Of a DNA stretch of 52,999 nucleotides, positions 29,921 to 38,955 are shown in pieces. How positions within the stretch are numbered: position 1 is the first letter of the stretch; every line of letters begins with the position of its first letter. The notes below the pieces were generated by a model, which saw nothing but the letters and a program-made list of their open reading frames with translations, had not been told where the DNA came from and ran no database searches. Source of the stretch: Prevotellaceae bacterium (lineage in GTDB: Bacteria > Bacteroidota > Bacteroidia > Bacteroidales > Paludibacteraceae); the NCBI GenBank assembly GCA_031261165.1, contig JAISJU010000091.1, forward strand, positions 1 to 52,999. Direction: 5' to 3'. A program made the translations under genes and the position numbers.

Positions 29921-30364
29921 TTAATTACTACTCGGGAAAGTCCCTTTTACGGTTATACCCATACTTCTCGCTGTGCCTGCTACCATTTTCATAGCAGCAT
30001 CTTGTGTAAAACAGTTTAAATCCACGATTTTGTCTTCGGCAATGGCTTTTACCTGTTCCCAGGTAACTTCCGCAACTTTTTTACGGTTGGGCTCAGCCGA
30101 GCCGCTTTTGAGTTTCGTCAGTTCAAGTAACTGAATGGCTACGGGCGGCGTTTTGATGACGAAATCGAAAGATTTGTCTGAATAATAAGTGATGACAACC
30201 GGCAATACTTTGCCCGGTTTGTCTTGGGTTCTGGCATTAAATTGCTTACAAAACTCCATAATATTGATACCCTTCGAGCCCAGCGCGGGTCCTACGGGCG
30301 GAGATGGGTTTGCCGCACCTCCTTTAATCTGTAATTTAATAAGTCCAGCAATTTCTTTTGCCAT
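29921..30364 (-). CDS. rplK: 50S ribosomal protein L11
   Basis: [44 protein letters not shown] is typical of L11. Confidence 0.97.
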   Translation of the reverse strand: MAKEIAGLIKLQIKGGAANPSPPVGPALGSKGINIMEFCKQFNARTQDKPGKVLPVVITYYSDKSFDFVIKTPPVAIQLLELTKLKSGSAEPNRKKVAEVTWEQVKAIAEDKIVDLNCFTQDAAMKMVAGTARSMGITVKGTFPSSN

Positions 30365-30430
30365 TTTTGTAAAAATTTAATTTGTGAAAATATGCGAGGC
30401 GGAAACAACCTGTCTGTAACAAAAAACCGA

Positions 30431-30979
30431 TTATTCCTTCTCTACTTGCAAGAATCCAAGTTCAAGGGGTGTTTTTCTGTCGAAAATCTTGACCATAATT
30501 TTGAGTTTTTTCTTCTCGGTGTTCACTTCTTCAATAACACCGCTAAAGCCTGAGAAAGGACCATCTGTAACTTTCACCGTTTCATTTACTTTGAAAGGTA
30601 CAAGCAGTTCTGCCTCCTGCGCTTGCAGTTCATCGACCGTGCCGAGAATGCGATTTACTTCCGATTGGCGTAAGGGTGTCGGTTTGATGGCGTTCCGTTC
30701 GGTGAGAAATCCTATCACATTCGGAAAATTCTTCAAGTGATGTTCCATCTCGCCCGTCAGAGCCACTTCTATCAACACGTAGCCGGGAAGATAACTGCGT
30801 TCTTTGATAATCTTTTTACCATTGCGTATCTGATAAACTTTTTCGGTTGGTATCAGCACCTGAGAAATGTACTTGTCGAGGTCGGTGTTTCTCACTTCCG
30901 CCTCAATCATTTCCTTCACTTTGTTTTCCTTACCACTGATGGCTCGCAAAACATACCATTTCTTCTCAATTTCTGCCAT
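30431..30979 (-). CDS. nusG: Transcription termination/antitermination factor NusG
   Basis: The NGN domain (KWYVLRAISGKENKV) and the KOW motif (VKVTDGPFSGFSGVIEEV) are present. It sits between secE and rplK. Confidence 0.95.
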   Translation of the reverse strand: MAEIEKKWYVLRAISGKENKVKEMIEAEVRNTDLDKYISQVLIPTEKVYQIRNGKKIIKERSYLPGYVLIEVALTGEMEHHLKNFPNVIGFLTERNAIKPTPLRQSEVNRILGTVDELQAQEAELLVPFKVNETVKVTDGPFSGFSGVIEEVNTEKKKLKIMVKIFDRKTPLELGFLQVEKE

Positions 30980-30996
30980 TATACCCTCCTGCCGGT

Positions 30997-31200
30997 TTAA
31001 AATTTAAGCGAATAGATAAAACCCATTATCTCTTCAAAACTAACATCCATCAGAAATACCACCAGCGCGATGATAAGGGAAGCAATCATAACAATCACTG
31101 CACTGCTGAAAACTTCAGGAACCGTAGGCCAAGAAACCTTATGAACAAGTTCGTTGTAAGATTCTTTGGTATATCCTTTTATACTGCTAACTATACTCAT
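30997..31200 (-). CDS. secE: Preprotein translocase subunit SecE
   Basis: The 67-aa MSIVSSIKGYTKESYNELVHKVSWPT... has one TM helix and sits between tRNA-Trp and nusG. The longer track ORF (to 31278) overlaps the tRNA and is rejected. Confidence 0.85.
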   Translation of the reverse strand: MSIVSSIKGYTKESYNELVHKVSWPTVPEVFSSAVIVMIASLIIALVVFLMDVSFEEIMGFIYSLKF

Positions 31201-31220
31201 ATAAAATAATATTTTTTTTG

Positions 31221-31293
31221 CACGGGAGGTAAGACTCGAACTCACGACACCCGGTTTTGGAGACCGGTGCTCTACCAACTGAGCTACACCCGT
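31221..31293 (-). tRNA. tRNA-Trp (anticodon CCA)
   Basis: Hand-folded cloverleaf: acceptor ACGGGTG/CTCCCGT (one U-U mismatch), D-arm GCTCAGTTGGTAGAGC, anticodon arm CCGGT-CTCCAAA-ACCGG, T-arm GTGAG-TTCGAGT-CTTAC. It occupies the canonical position before secE. Confidence 0.9.
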
Positions 31294-31324
31294 GTATTTG
31301 TTTTTCCCACATTTTTTGGGGCTG

Positions 31325-31356
31325 CAAAGATACGGACTGTTTTTTTAACTGCCAAA
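31325..31356 (-). promoter_or_regulatory. Promoter TTTG-N20-TATCTTTG upstream of tRNA-Trp/secE/nusG
   Basis: Both boxes are present. The tRNA 5' end (31293) is 31 nt downstream of the -7 box. Confidence 0.65.
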
Positions 31357-31399
31357 TGTTTTCTGCATTATTTTTCAAAAAAAATAGATGGGGAATTTT

Positions 31400-31434
31400 C
31401 ACAAACAAAACAGCGGGCTTTTGCCCGCTGTTTT
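31400..31434 (-). terminator. Intrinsic terminator after the PadR-associated membrane protein gene
   Basis: The stem is CAGCGGGC / GCCCGCTG, directly after the stop codon, followed by TTTTGTTTG on the minus strand. Confidence 0.7.
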
Positions 31435-32058
31435 TCAAGTCGTTTTCCTATACATTTTCAAAAACAAGAGCGGGAAAAATGCAAAATTCAGCACCATCAA
31501 AGCAAACAAAAGAAAGATGGCAAAAAGCATTAAACCGTCAGGCTGCCAGCCGCAAAATTTGGAAAGCAATGCCAAAACGAGTAGTGCAATTCCTGCAAAG
31601 CCCGAAACATAAGTCATTTTTCCACCAAAAGATTGTGCCAAATCTTTTTTGTAAAGATACATAAAAAGCACAGGCAGGAGCACAAACAGCAAAATTGCTG
31701 TTGTAATAACCAGCACAAGTTGCGCATACGGATAATGCATCAACTTCATAAAAAAGGTGGTAGTCGCGCCGATAGCCGACAAATACCCCGATAAAAACAG
31801 CGTTTTTCTCATAGATTTAATTTTTTTGTAAGTTAATAAATAAATGGTTTCCCGCTGAATTTCGTCAAATCCATCGGGCGAGATATGTTGATAAGCCTTA
31901 TCATACGCTGTTTCAAAACTTGTTCCGTTTTGCATTTCCGCCTCAACGGCACAACAAAAATGGTCAATCAAATCCTCTTTCATCGCTGCCGATGAAATAT
32001 TGCTTTGGTTGATAACCTGACTTATGAAGTCTATTTGTTTCTCCGTTAAACCTTTCAT
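31435..32058 (-). CDS. Integral membrane protein (about 4 TM helices) encoded downstream of the PadR regulator
   Basis: There is an N-terminal soluble region of about 80 aa, then hydrophobic helices (LFLSGYLSAIGATTTFF, LVLVITTAILLFVLLPVLFMYL, GFAGIALLVLALL, LMLFAIFLLFALMVLNFAFFPLLFL). The ATG at 32056-32058 is 12 nt after the PadR stop. Confidence 0.7.
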   Translation of the reverse strand: MKGLTEKQIDFISQVINQSNISSAAMKEDLIDHFCCAVEAEMQNGTSFETAYDKAYQHISPDGFDEIQRETIYLLTYKKIKSMRKTLFLSGYLSAIGATTTFFMKLMHYPYAQLVLVITTAILLFVLLPVLFMYLYKKDLAQSFGGKMTYVSGFAGIALLVLALLSKFCGWQPDGLMLFAIFLLFALMVLNFAFFPLLFLKMYRKTT

Positions 32059-32070
32059 AATCAATATTTT

Positions 32071-32394
32071 TTATGTGGTTATGATTTTATTAATCGTGTC
32101 AATGAAATCTTTTAATTCGCTTTCTTTTTCATTTTTCACTTGCACACCCTGCGTTGTCATAAAATAATAATGCCGCACACGCTTACCGATGTTTTGCGTT
32201 TCTACGTCAATCAATCCGTCTTCTTTCAATTTGTGTAAGGCAGGATACAATGAGCCTTCTTTCAGTAAAATTTTGCTGTCGGACAACTCTTTTACTCTTT
32301 GCGTAATTTGGTAGCCATACATTTTACCGTTTTCGGCAAGCAGTTTCAATACGATTGCCGACAAAGTGCCTTTTAAAAGTTCTTTTGAATACAT
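32071..32394 (-). CDS. PadR-family transcriptional regulator
   Basis: The winged-helix signature is ELLKGTLSAIVLKLLAENGKMYGYQITQRVKELSDSKILLKEGSLYPALHKLKEDGLI. The start was chosen at MYSKELLKG (32392-32394), because a TATCTTTG box lies inside the longer track ORF. Confidence 0.85.
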   Translation of the reverse strand: MYSKELLKGTLSAIVLKLLAENGKMYGYQITQRVKELSDSKILLKEGSLYPALHKLKEDGLIDVETQNIGKRVRHYYFMTTQGVQVKNEKESELKDFIDTINKIITT

Positions 32395-32398
32395 AGCA

Positions 32399-32406
32399 CA
32401 AAGATA
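32399..32406 (-). promoter_or_regulatory. -7 box TATCTTTG immediately upstream of the PadR ATG (possible leaderless mRNA)
   Basis: Only 4 nt separate the box from the ATG at 32394. Confidence 0.4.
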
Positions 32407-32454
32407 CATAGAATTACGATGTATATCCAAATTTTCGAGCATAAAAAAAGTTAA

Positions 32455-32491
32455 AACAAAAAAATAGGAATTAGATTTCTCTAATTCCTAT
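32455..32491 (-). terminator. Intrinsic terminator after tuf
   Basis: The 11-bp stem is ATAGGAATTAG / CTAATTCCTAT, followed by TTTTTTTG on the minus strand. Confidence 0.75.
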
Positions 32492-32514
32492 TTTTCTTAT
32501 GGATTAACTAATTA

Positions 32515-33702
32515 TTAGTCAAGCAATTCAGTAATCTGACCCGAGCCTACGGTACGACCACCTTCGCGGATTGCAAAACGCAAACCTACGCTGCAAGCAA
32601 CAGGGTAAATCAACGTTACGGTGATTTCCAAGTTGTCGCCCGGCATTACCATTTCTACGCCATCGGGCAAAGAGATTTCGCCGGTTACGTCAAGCGTGCG
32701 GATATAGAACTGCGGACGGTATTTGTTGTGGAACGGAGTGTGGCGACCACCTTCTTCTTTTTTCAAGATATAAACAGATGCCTTGAAAGTAGAGTGAGGA
32801 GTTACTTTTCCCGGGTGGGTGATAACCATACCGCGTTTGATTTCGTCTTTGTCGATACCACGAAGCAACAAACCTACGTTATCGCCGGCTTGACCTTCGT
32901 CCAATATCTTGCGGAACATTTCAACACCGGTTACTACAGATTTTTTACCTTCTGCGCCAAGACCGATGATTTGAACTTCTTCGCCTGTTTTGATGATACC
33001 TGTTTCGATACGACCTGTTGCTACCGTACCACGACCTGTGATAGAGAACACGTCTTCAACCGGCATCAAGAATGGTTTATCAACAGCACGCGGAGGCAAT
33101 TCAATCCAATTATCCACAGCGTCCATCAATTCCATAATTTTATCTTCCCATTCGGGGATACCGTTCAAACCGCCGAGAGCAGAGCCTTGAATAACAGGTG
33201 TGTTATCGCCGTCAAAATCGTAGAACGAAAGCAATTCGCGCATTTCCATTTCAACGAGTTCGAGCATTTCGGGGTCATCAACTTGGTCGCATTTGTTCAT
33301 AAATACCACCAGACGGGGAACGTTTACCTGACGAGCCAACAAGATGTGTTCGCGCGTTTGGGGCATCGGACCGTCTGTAGCGGCAACTACGATGATAGCA
33401 CCGTCCATCTGAGCGGCACCGGTAACCATATTCTTCACATAGTCGGCGTGACCCGGACAGTCAACGTGAGCATAGTGACGATTAACGGTTTGATATTCAA
33501 CGTGAGCGGTGTTGATGGTGATACCGCGTTCTTTTTCTTCGGGGGCATTGTCGATTTGGTCAAATGACTTTACTTCCGAAAGACCTTTTTTTGCCAAAAC
33601 GGTGGTGATAGCAGCCGTTAAGGTAGTTTTTCCGTGGTCAACGTGTCCGATAGTACCTACGTTTACGTGAGGTTTCGACCTATCAAATTTTTCTTTTGCC
33701 AT
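32515..33702 (-). CDS. tuf: Elongation factor Tu
   Basis: [33 protein letters not shown]..., 395 aa. Confidence 0.99.
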   Translation of the reverse strand: MAKEKFDRSKPHVNVGTIGHVDHGKTTLTAAITTVLAKKGLSEVKSFDQIDNAPEEKERGITINTAHVEYQTVNRHYAHVDCPGHADYVKNMVTGAAQMDGAIIVVAATDGPMPQTREHILLARQVNVPRLVVFMNKCDQVDDPEMLELVEMEMRELLSFYDFDGDNTPVIQGSALGGLNGIPEWEDKIMELMDAVDNWIELPPRAVDKPFLMPVEDVFSITGRGTVATGRIETGIIKTGEEVQIIGLGAEGKKSVVTGVEMFRKILDEGQAGDNVGLLLRGIDKDEIKRGMVITHPGKVTPHSTFKASVYILKKEEGGRHTPFHNKYRPQFYIRTLDVTGEISLPDGVEMVMPGDNLEITVTLIYPVACSVGLRFAIREGGRTVGSGQITELLD

Positions 33703-33767
33703 AATTTTGAAACTATAAAAAGATTATTAATAAATAAATTGTTTTTTTGTAAATTTAGTTTATATTG

Positions 33768-33839
<72 letters not shown>

Positions 33840-33910
33840 AATTTCAGACACAAGACACAAGATTATTAGACATAAGACTTGTTGTTGTACTCTGTTTTTT
33901 CTTTCTTTTG

Positions 33911-33983
33911 AGCGGAAAACGGGGCTCGAACCCGCGACCCTCAGCTTGGGAAGCTGATGCTCTGCCAACTGAGCTACTTCCGC
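33911..33983 (-). tRNA. tRNA-Gly (anticodon CCC by my reading)
   Basis: Hand-folded: acceptor GCGGAAG/TTTCCGC, D-arm GCTCAGTTGGCAGAGC, anticodon arm TCAGC-TTCCCAA-GCTGA, T-arm GCGGG-TTCGAGC-CCCGT. Confidence 0.8.
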
Positions 33984-33994
33984 AAGAAAATATG

Positions 33995-34068
33995 AGCCTC
34001 CAGAGGGATTCGAACCCACGACCCCGAGATTACAAATCACGTGCTCTGGCCAACTGAGCTATGGAGGC
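33995..34068 (-). tRNA. tRNA-Thr (anticodon TGT)
   Basis: Hand-folded: acceptor GCCTCCA/TGGAGGC, D-arm GCTCAGTTGGCCAGAGC, anticodon loop TTTGTAA (one mismatch in the stem), T-arm GTGGG-TTCGAAT-CCCTC. Confidence 0.8.
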
Positions 34069-34114
34069 ATAACATTTCAACGACCGTTTCGCTTATTTTT
34101 TGCGAAATCGGCTG

Positions 34115-34122
34115 CAAATGTA
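34115..34122 (-). promoter_or_regulatory. -7 box TACATTTG upstream of the tRNA-Thr/Gly/Thr-tuf unit
   Basis: It lies 46 nt upstream of the first tRNA 5' end (34068). Confidence 0.55.
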
Positions 34123-34161
34123 CGGACTATTTTTGATATTAAAAAATATTTTCGACTTTTT

Positions 34162-34461
34162 TTATTTCGCACGTTGTTTTTCTTTGTATTTGGCAAGTTG
34201 CTTGTCGAGCGCATCAACCACCAAATCAGTGCTCTCCTCGAAAGTATCGGAAGTTTTGGAGGCAAAAATTTCTGTTCCGGGAACTTGAATTTTAATTTCC
34301 ACTTCTTTATTTTGAGCCGCTTCGGGCTTGGTAACTTTCAAATATACATCTACGGCGATAATATCTTCGCTGATTTTTTCCAATTTTGCAACTTTTTTCT
34401 GAATGTATGCCTCCAATTTTTCGGTGGCATCAAATTTGATGGATTGAATTTTGATTTCCAT
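34162..34461 (-). CDS. hpf: Ribosome hibernation promoting factor (short HPF/RaiA family)
   Basis: MEIKIQSIKFDATEKLEAYIQKKVAKLEK...VEIKIQVPGTEIFASKTSDTFEESTDLVVDALDKQL is typical of the sigma-54 modulation/S30EA fold. Confidence 0.88.
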   Translation of the reverse strand: MEIKIQSIKFDATEKLEAYIQKKVAKLEKISEDIIAVDVYLKVTKPEAAQNKEVEIKIQVPGTEIFASKTSDTFEESTDLVVDALDKQLAKYKEKQRAK

Positions 34462-34509
34462 AATTTTTTAAATTGTAAATTATACGTTTAATTCTTAACT
34501 CTTATTTTT

Positions 34510-35388
34510 TCACTCTCTCGGGTGCGCCTTTTTGTAAATATTCCGCAACTGCTCAAAGGTAGTATGCGTATAAACCTGCGTGGCAGCAAGGCTGGCGTGT
34601 CCCAAAATTTCTTTTACCGCGTTCAACTCCGCGCCAGCGTTCAGCACCGAAGTTGCAAAAGTGTGCCGCAACACGTGCGGACTGCGTTTCGACAGCGAAC
34701 TTTGTGCTGTCATCGCATCGTGTACGATTTGATACACAAGGCGCGGGTACATTTTTTCGCCGTTCTTCTTTATATATAATGTATAGTCGCGGTTGGGAAT
34801 TTCGTTCCGCAGTTTCCGATACATTATTATATTGGTGCGCAATGTGTTGCCAAACGGCACGATGCGCTCTTTATTCCTCTTTCCCAATACTTTAAGCGTG
34901 TTTGCGGACAAGTCCACATCACTGTCTTTCAAATTGACGAGTTCCGAAAGGCGTATGCCTGTTTCGTAGAACATATCAATTATCAAGCGGTTTCGGCACG
35001 CCTCAAAGTCGTTTTCGTCAATTTCGGCATCGTCTAACACGCGGTCAAGTTCGCTTTCTTTGAAAAAAAGCGGTAAGTTCTTTTCGGTTTTCAGGGCTTT
35101 TATCGCTTTTGCAGGATTAGTCGCCACTAATCCGCGCTGCAACAAAAACCTGTAAAACGAGCGTAATGCCGATATTTTTCGATTTACCGAACGAGGTACA
35201 ATACCTGTGTCCATCAGCGAAACTATCCATTCCCGAATGTTTTTATCCTCAATCTCAGGCGGATTGAAACTGCCGTTTTGCTCGGAAACAAATGCCTCAA
35301 ACTCCTCTAAATCAGTTTTATACGACAAAACAGTATGAGAAGAGTAATTTTTCTCATACTGCAAATATTTTAGAAAGAGGTCTATCAT
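34510..35388 (-). CDS. Tyrosine-type site-specific recombinase, XerC/XerD family
   Basis: The N-terminal SAM-like domain is LKYLQYEKNYSSHTVLSYKTDL. The catalytic C-terminus is HVLRHTFATSVLNAGAELNAVKEILGHASLAATQVYTH. It sits in a housekeeping context (rpsU-xer-hpf-tRNA-tuf). Confidence 0.85.
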   Translation of the reverse strand: MIDLFLKYLQYEKNYSSHTVLSYKTDLEEFEAFVSEQNGSFNPPEIEDKNIREWIVSLMDTGIVPRSVNRKISALRSFYRFLLQRGLVATNPAKAIKALKTEKNLPLFFKESELDRVLDDAEIDENDFEACRNRLIIDMFYETGIRLSELVNLKDSDVDLSANTLKVLGKRNKERIVPFGNTLRTNIIMYRKLRNEIPNRDYTLYIKKNGEKMYPRLVYQIVHDAMTAQSSLSKRSPHVLRHTFATSVLNAGAELNAVKEILGHASLAATQVYTHTTFEQLRNIYKKAHPRE

Positions 35389-35538
35389 ATATTCCTGTTA
35401 TGAGAAAGGACTTTTTTCAAATTGCGAATATACGAACTTTAATTGTAAATTGCAAATTATAAATCGTAAATTTAGAAAACACGCTAATTATCAGCGAATT
35501 AATTTAAGATTTAAAATTCACCACTTACACTTAAAAGA

Positions 35539-35730
35539 CTATTCTTCGCTTATTTGAATTTTCTTCACGTAAACGGCGTGTTTGATTTCTTCGCGGCGAG
35601 TTACCGAAGGTTTTTCAAACGCTTGGCGTTTGCGAAGTTCTTTCACTACACCGGTTTTTTCAAACTTTCTTTTGAACTTTTTCAGTGCTTTTTCGATGTT
35701 TTCGCCCTCTTTAATTGGAACTACAATCAT
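35539..35730 (-). CDS. rpsU: 30S ribosomal protein S21
   Basis: MIVVPIKEGENIEKALKKFKRKFEKTGVVKELRKRQAFEKPSVTRRE..., 63 aa. ATG at 35728-35730. The longer track ORF has an implausible N-terminal extension. Confidence 0.9.
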   Translation of the reverse strand: MIVVPIKEGENIEKALKKFKRKFEKTGVVKELRKRQAFEKPSVTRREEIKHAVYVKKIQISEE

Positions 35731-35848
35731 AATTTTGTTTTGATTTTTAATGTTGATTTTTTGGACTGCAAAAGTAGATATTGTTTTTGGATTGACAAAA
35801 TTTTTTGAACGATTTTTTTTGAACAAAAAACATTCTTGGGATTTTTGA

Positions 35849-35900
35849 GGGGATTGCGGGTCATACTTCGACTATGCTCAGTAAGCAGCCCGCAATAACA
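35849..35900. repeat. Family B single arm with an expanded loop
   Basis: ggggattgcgggtca-tacttcgactatgctcagtaagca-gcccgcaataaca. Confidence 0.75.
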
Positions 35901-35908
35901 GCCTTAAA

Positions 35909-36130
35909 TTACGGCACAGGGTCATACCCGTGTCCGCCCCAAGGGTGGCAGCGGGCGATGCGTTTGACAGCCAAGCACGAGCCGCGTAATGCGCCATACT
36001 TTTTTATCGCCTCTACGGCATATTCCGAGCAAGTAGGCGTGTAGCGGCAACTTGCGGGTGTGAAAGGCGAAATGCAGTAGCGGTAAAAGTAGATGGGCAA
36101 GAGAATGAGGTGTGAGAATTTTTTTTTCAT
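35909..36130 (-). CDS. yidD: Membrane protein insertion efficiency factor YidD
   Basis: [58 protein letters not shown]. The ATG at 36128-36130 overlaps the rnpA stop (ATGA). Confidence 0.9.
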   Translation of the reverse strand: MKKKFSHLILLPIYFYRYCISPFTPASCRYTPTCSEYAVEAIKKYGALRGSCLAVKRIARCHPWGGHGYDPVP

Positions 36131-36507
36131 TGCAATTTTCGGCTCAATTTTTCGATGCTTTCCTGCCATTTCTGTTGCATTGTTTCATAAGGGAAAATCT
36201 CGTTTGCAACATAATTGACAGATAAATAAATGGTTTTGTTTTCGAGCAAAGCGTATAAAGCCGCTTTGTTCAGTCGATAAACCTCTCTGATTAAACGTTT
36301 TATGCGATTTCTATCCACCGCGTGCTTAAAGCGTTTCTTTGGTACGCCAATCAACACTTGCACAGGGATTTCGCCTTTTTCCGCAACGCTAAACCCGATG
36401 CGAAAAGGATAGGAAAGGAAAAAATCGCCTTTGTCGAAATGCGTATTGATACGGATTTCGCCACAAAGGCGTTCCGCTTTGCTAAATGTGTGTTTTTGAA
36501 CTTGCAT
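36127..36507 (-). CDS. rnpA: Ribonuclease P protein component
   Basis: 126 aa. It carries the RNR-type motif [21 protein letters not shown] and lies upstream of yidD. Confidence 0.9.
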   Translation of the reverse strand: MQVQKHTFSKAERLCGEIRINTHFDKGDFFLSYPFRIGFSVAEKGEIPVQVLIGVPKKRFKHAVDRNRIKRLIREVYRLNKAALYALLENKTIYLSVNYVANEIFPYETMQQKWQESIEKLSRKLQ

Positions 36508-36517
36508 AATGAAGTGG

Positions 36518-36525
36518 CAAAGGTA
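36518..36525 (-). promoter_or_regulatory. -7 box TACCTTTG upstream of rnpA
   Basis: It lies 10 nt upstream of the ATG at 36507. Confidence 0.5.
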
Positions 36526-36598
36526 TGAAAAAAAATTGGAAATGATTTGTTTTATAAAAAAATACGTCTTAACTTTGTTCTCTTAATTTTTTACTTTT

Positions 36599-36979
36599 AT
36601 GGAAAAATTCATCACAAAAAAACGGAAAATACTGAGAAACATCTTTAGAGGATTGAGTTTGACCTCGATAGCCTTTGTTTTTCAGGCTTGTTATGGTATA
36701 GAAAGAGATTTTGGAAATGACATTTTAGTGGAGGGCGTTGTAACCACAAGAGGCAACAAACCAATAGAAGGCATTAAGGTTTCGTATGACAATTCGCTTC
36801 AATATGAATTGACCGACTCCGAAGGGAAATACTCGTTTTACACTTATAAAGCCGAGTTGAATATGAAATTTGAGGATATTGACTCCATTCAAAACGGCTT
36901 GTTTTTGCCGCAAGAAATGCTTGTGCATATTACTGCTAACCGAGTTAAGTTAAATGTAAAATTAGATGCTGCCCCATAA
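36599..36979 (+). CDS. Small lipoprotein with a carboxypeptidase-regulatory-like beta-sandwich segment, associated with a radical SAM enzyme
   Basis: The lipobox is in LSLTSIAFVFQAC. The segment VEGVVTTRGNKPIEGIKVS...TDSEGKYSF is CarbopepD_reg-like. Its 3' end overlaps the downstream radical SAM gene by 14 nt. It matches my memory of a TIGRFAM-defined rSAM-plus-lipoprotein pair in Bacteroidetes. Confidence 0.65.
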   Translation: MEKFITKKRKILRNIFRGLSLTSIAFVFQACYGIERDFGNDILVEGVVTTRGNKPIEGIKVSYDNSLQYELTDSEGKYSFYTYKAELNMKFEDIDSIQNGLFLPQEMLVHITANRVKLNVKLDAAP

Positions 36980-38036
36980 AATAACGCAATATCTGCATAA
37001 TATTTTCAGGAAAAACGAGACAAATCTTCATATCTTAAATTATTTGTTTTGGGAATGTACGCAACGCTGCAACTTACATTGTTTGCATTGCGGGTCGGAT
37101 TGCATTGCCGATGCCAAAACGCCTGATATGCCTTTCGAGGACTTTTTGCAAGCCATTTTACCCTTAAAAGATGCATATGAGCCTGATTCCATCACCGTTG
37201 CCATTACCGGCGGTGAGCCTCTGCTGCGAAAAGATTTGCCTCAATGCGGTAAAACTTTGCGCAAACACGGCTTTCGTTGGGGTATCGTTACCAACGGATA
37301 TGCTTATAATGCAGAGATTCACGCAAAATTGTTGTCGGCGGGAATGGGGGCTGTTACTTTGAGTTTAGACGGATTTGAGGAAAGCCACAATTGGCTGCGT
37401 GCCAATCAAAACAGTTTTTCGCACGCCGTGAAGGCATTGGATTTGATAACTTCTTCGGACAGATTATTTTACGATGTTGTTACCTGCGTTCATCAAAGAA
37501 ATATCCGCGAATTGGAAAGTTTTAAAGAGTTCTTGATTTCAAAACACGTGAAAGCGTGGCGGTTATTTACCATTGCGCCCATCGGCAGGGCTGCCGCTCG
37601 AAGCGAGTTACGCCTGACGACCGAAGATTTACACTTTCTGATGGATTTTATAGCTAAGGCGCGGGCGGATAAACGGATTGACACAAAATTCAGTTGCGAG
37701 GCATACGTTGGCAATTACGAAACAAAGGTGAGGGACTGTTATTTCTTCTGCCGCGCGGGCATAAACATCGCCTCTGTTCTGATTGATGGCTCCATTTCGG
37801 CGTGTCCGAATATAAACCGACATTTTGTGCAGGGCAATATCTACCGTGATGCGTTTTTAGACGTGTGGCACAAGCGTTTTGAAGTGATGCGAAACCGAGA
37901 ATGGACAAAAACCGGCATTTGTTCCGCTTGCAAAAAACACAAATATTGCAATGGCGGCGCAATGCACTTGTGGAATGAACAACAAGATGGTATAATGCTG
38001 TGTATCAATAAGGAATTATCTGCGGGAAAAACTTAG
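36966..38036 (+). CDS. Radical SAM/SPASM-domain protein (partner of the upstream lipoprotein)
   Basis: The CxxxCxxC motif is CNLHCLHC, and the glycine-rich SAM motif is ITGGEPLL. The C-terminal Cys clusters are CYFFCRAG...SACPN...CSACKKHKYCNGG. Confidence 0.85.
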   Translation: MLPHKITQYLHNIFRKNETNLHILNYLFWECTQRCNLHCLHCGSDCIADAKTPDMPFEDFLQAILPLKDAYEPDSITVAITGGEPLLRKDLPQCGKTLRKHGFRWGIVTNGYAYNAEIHAKLLSAGMGAVTLSLDGFEESHNWLRANQNSFSHAVKALDLITSSDRLFYDVVTCVHQRNIRELESFKEFLISKHVKAWRLFTIAPIGRAAARSELRLTTEDLHFLMDFIAKARADKRIDTKFSCEAYVGNYETKVRDCYFFCRAGINIASVLIDGSISACPNINRHFVQGNIYRDAFLDVWHKRFEVMRNREWTKTGICSACKKHKYCNGGAMHLWNEQQDGIMLCINKELSAGKT

Positions 38037-38102
38037 AATGTTTTGCAAAGTTGGAATATATAGCCAGAAAAGGTATTATTCTATTATGTCCTTCATAAAA
38101 AA

Positions 38103-38149
38103 CTTTGTGTGCTTTGTGGTAAGAATTTCAAACCACAAAGCACACAAAG
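38103..38149. terminator. Bidirectional hairpin between the convergent radical SAM and hemD genes
   Basis: The 18-bp perfect stem is ctttgtgtgctttgtggt / accacaaagcacacaaag. Confidence 0.6.
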
Positions 38150-38175
38150 TTCACAATTTAATTATTTTGTGCCAT

Positions 38176-38955
38176 TTATCTTTTCGACAATGCCTTATGA
38201 TTTTCCTTTACCACAATTTCGAGAGCGGCGGTAATGGAAGGCGCATCGGGGCGGGGCGCGTCAAAGTCGAGGCGCAATCCGGCATCTTTCACGGCTTTGG
38301 CGGTTGTGGCACCGAGCGTACCGATTTTGATGTCGCCCTGCTCGAAATCGGGGAAATTTTTCTGCAAAGAGGTGATGCCCGCCGGACTGAAAAATACGAG
38401 TACATCGTAGTCAAACGGCTCATCGGGCGCAAAATCATTGCTGACGGTGCGATACATACTTGCTTTGTCGTAGTGCAGTTTGTTTTTCTCCATCAACGCC
38501 ATCAGTTCATCGTTCAACACATCTGCCGATGTGGAAAGCAGGTATTTTTCTTCTCTGTGTTTGAGAAGAGCAGCAACCAATCCGTCAAGTTTGCCGTTTT
38601 TTCCGTGAAAAACTTTACGCTTGCGCAGCAAAATGTATTTTTGCATATACAGCGCAACGGACTCCGAAATGCACACATACTTCATTGTTTCAGGCACTTT
38701 GATGTGCAATTCTTCGCACAAACGAAAAAAATGGTCAATAGCGGTGCGGGCAGTAAAAATAACGGCAGAGTAATCCAATATATTGACTCTCTGCTTTCTA
38801 AACTCCGTTGCCGAAATGCCTTCCACTTTGATAAAAGGGCGGAAGTCGATTTTCACGTTATACTTTTCGGCAATGTCAAAATACGGCGACTTGCTGTCGG
38901 TCGGTTTCGGCTGCGAAACAAGTATCTTTTTTATCTTCACAATTTTGTTATCCAT
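38176..38955 (-). CDS. hemD: Uroporphyrinogen-III synthase family protein
   Basis: ILVSQPKP...PFIKVEGISATEFRKQRVNILDYSAVIFTARTAIDHFFRL is the typical Bacteroidota HEM4-family layout. It is paired with an upstream DUF4271-like gene. Confidence 0.75.
   Translation of the reverse strand: MDNKIVKIKKILVSQPKPTDSKSPYFDIAEKYNVKIDFRPFIKVEGISATEFRKQRVNILDYSAVIFTARTAIDHFFRLCEELHIKVPETMKYVCISESVALYMQKYILLRKRKVFHGKNGKLDGLVAALLKHREEKYLLSTSADVLNDELMALMEKNKLHYDKASMYRTVSNDFAPDEPFDYDVLVFFSPAGITSLQKNFPDFEQGDIKIGTLGATTAKAVKDAGLRLDFDAPRPDAPSITAALEIVVKENHKALSKR

Noticed and set aside
33840-33910. Expected tRNA-Tyr between the tRNA-Thr and tRNA-Gly genes (common in Bacteroidota tuf-upstream clusters)
   Set aside because: The spacer contains only AGACA-word repeats and a T-rich run. 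No cloverleaf can be folded.
34510-35388. Tyrosine recombinase as a marker of an integrated mobile element next to tRNA genes
   Set aside because: The rpsU-xer-hpf-tRNA-tuf context is a conserved housekeeping arrangement in Bacteroidota. There are no att-like tRNA 3'-end duplications or cargo genes nearby.
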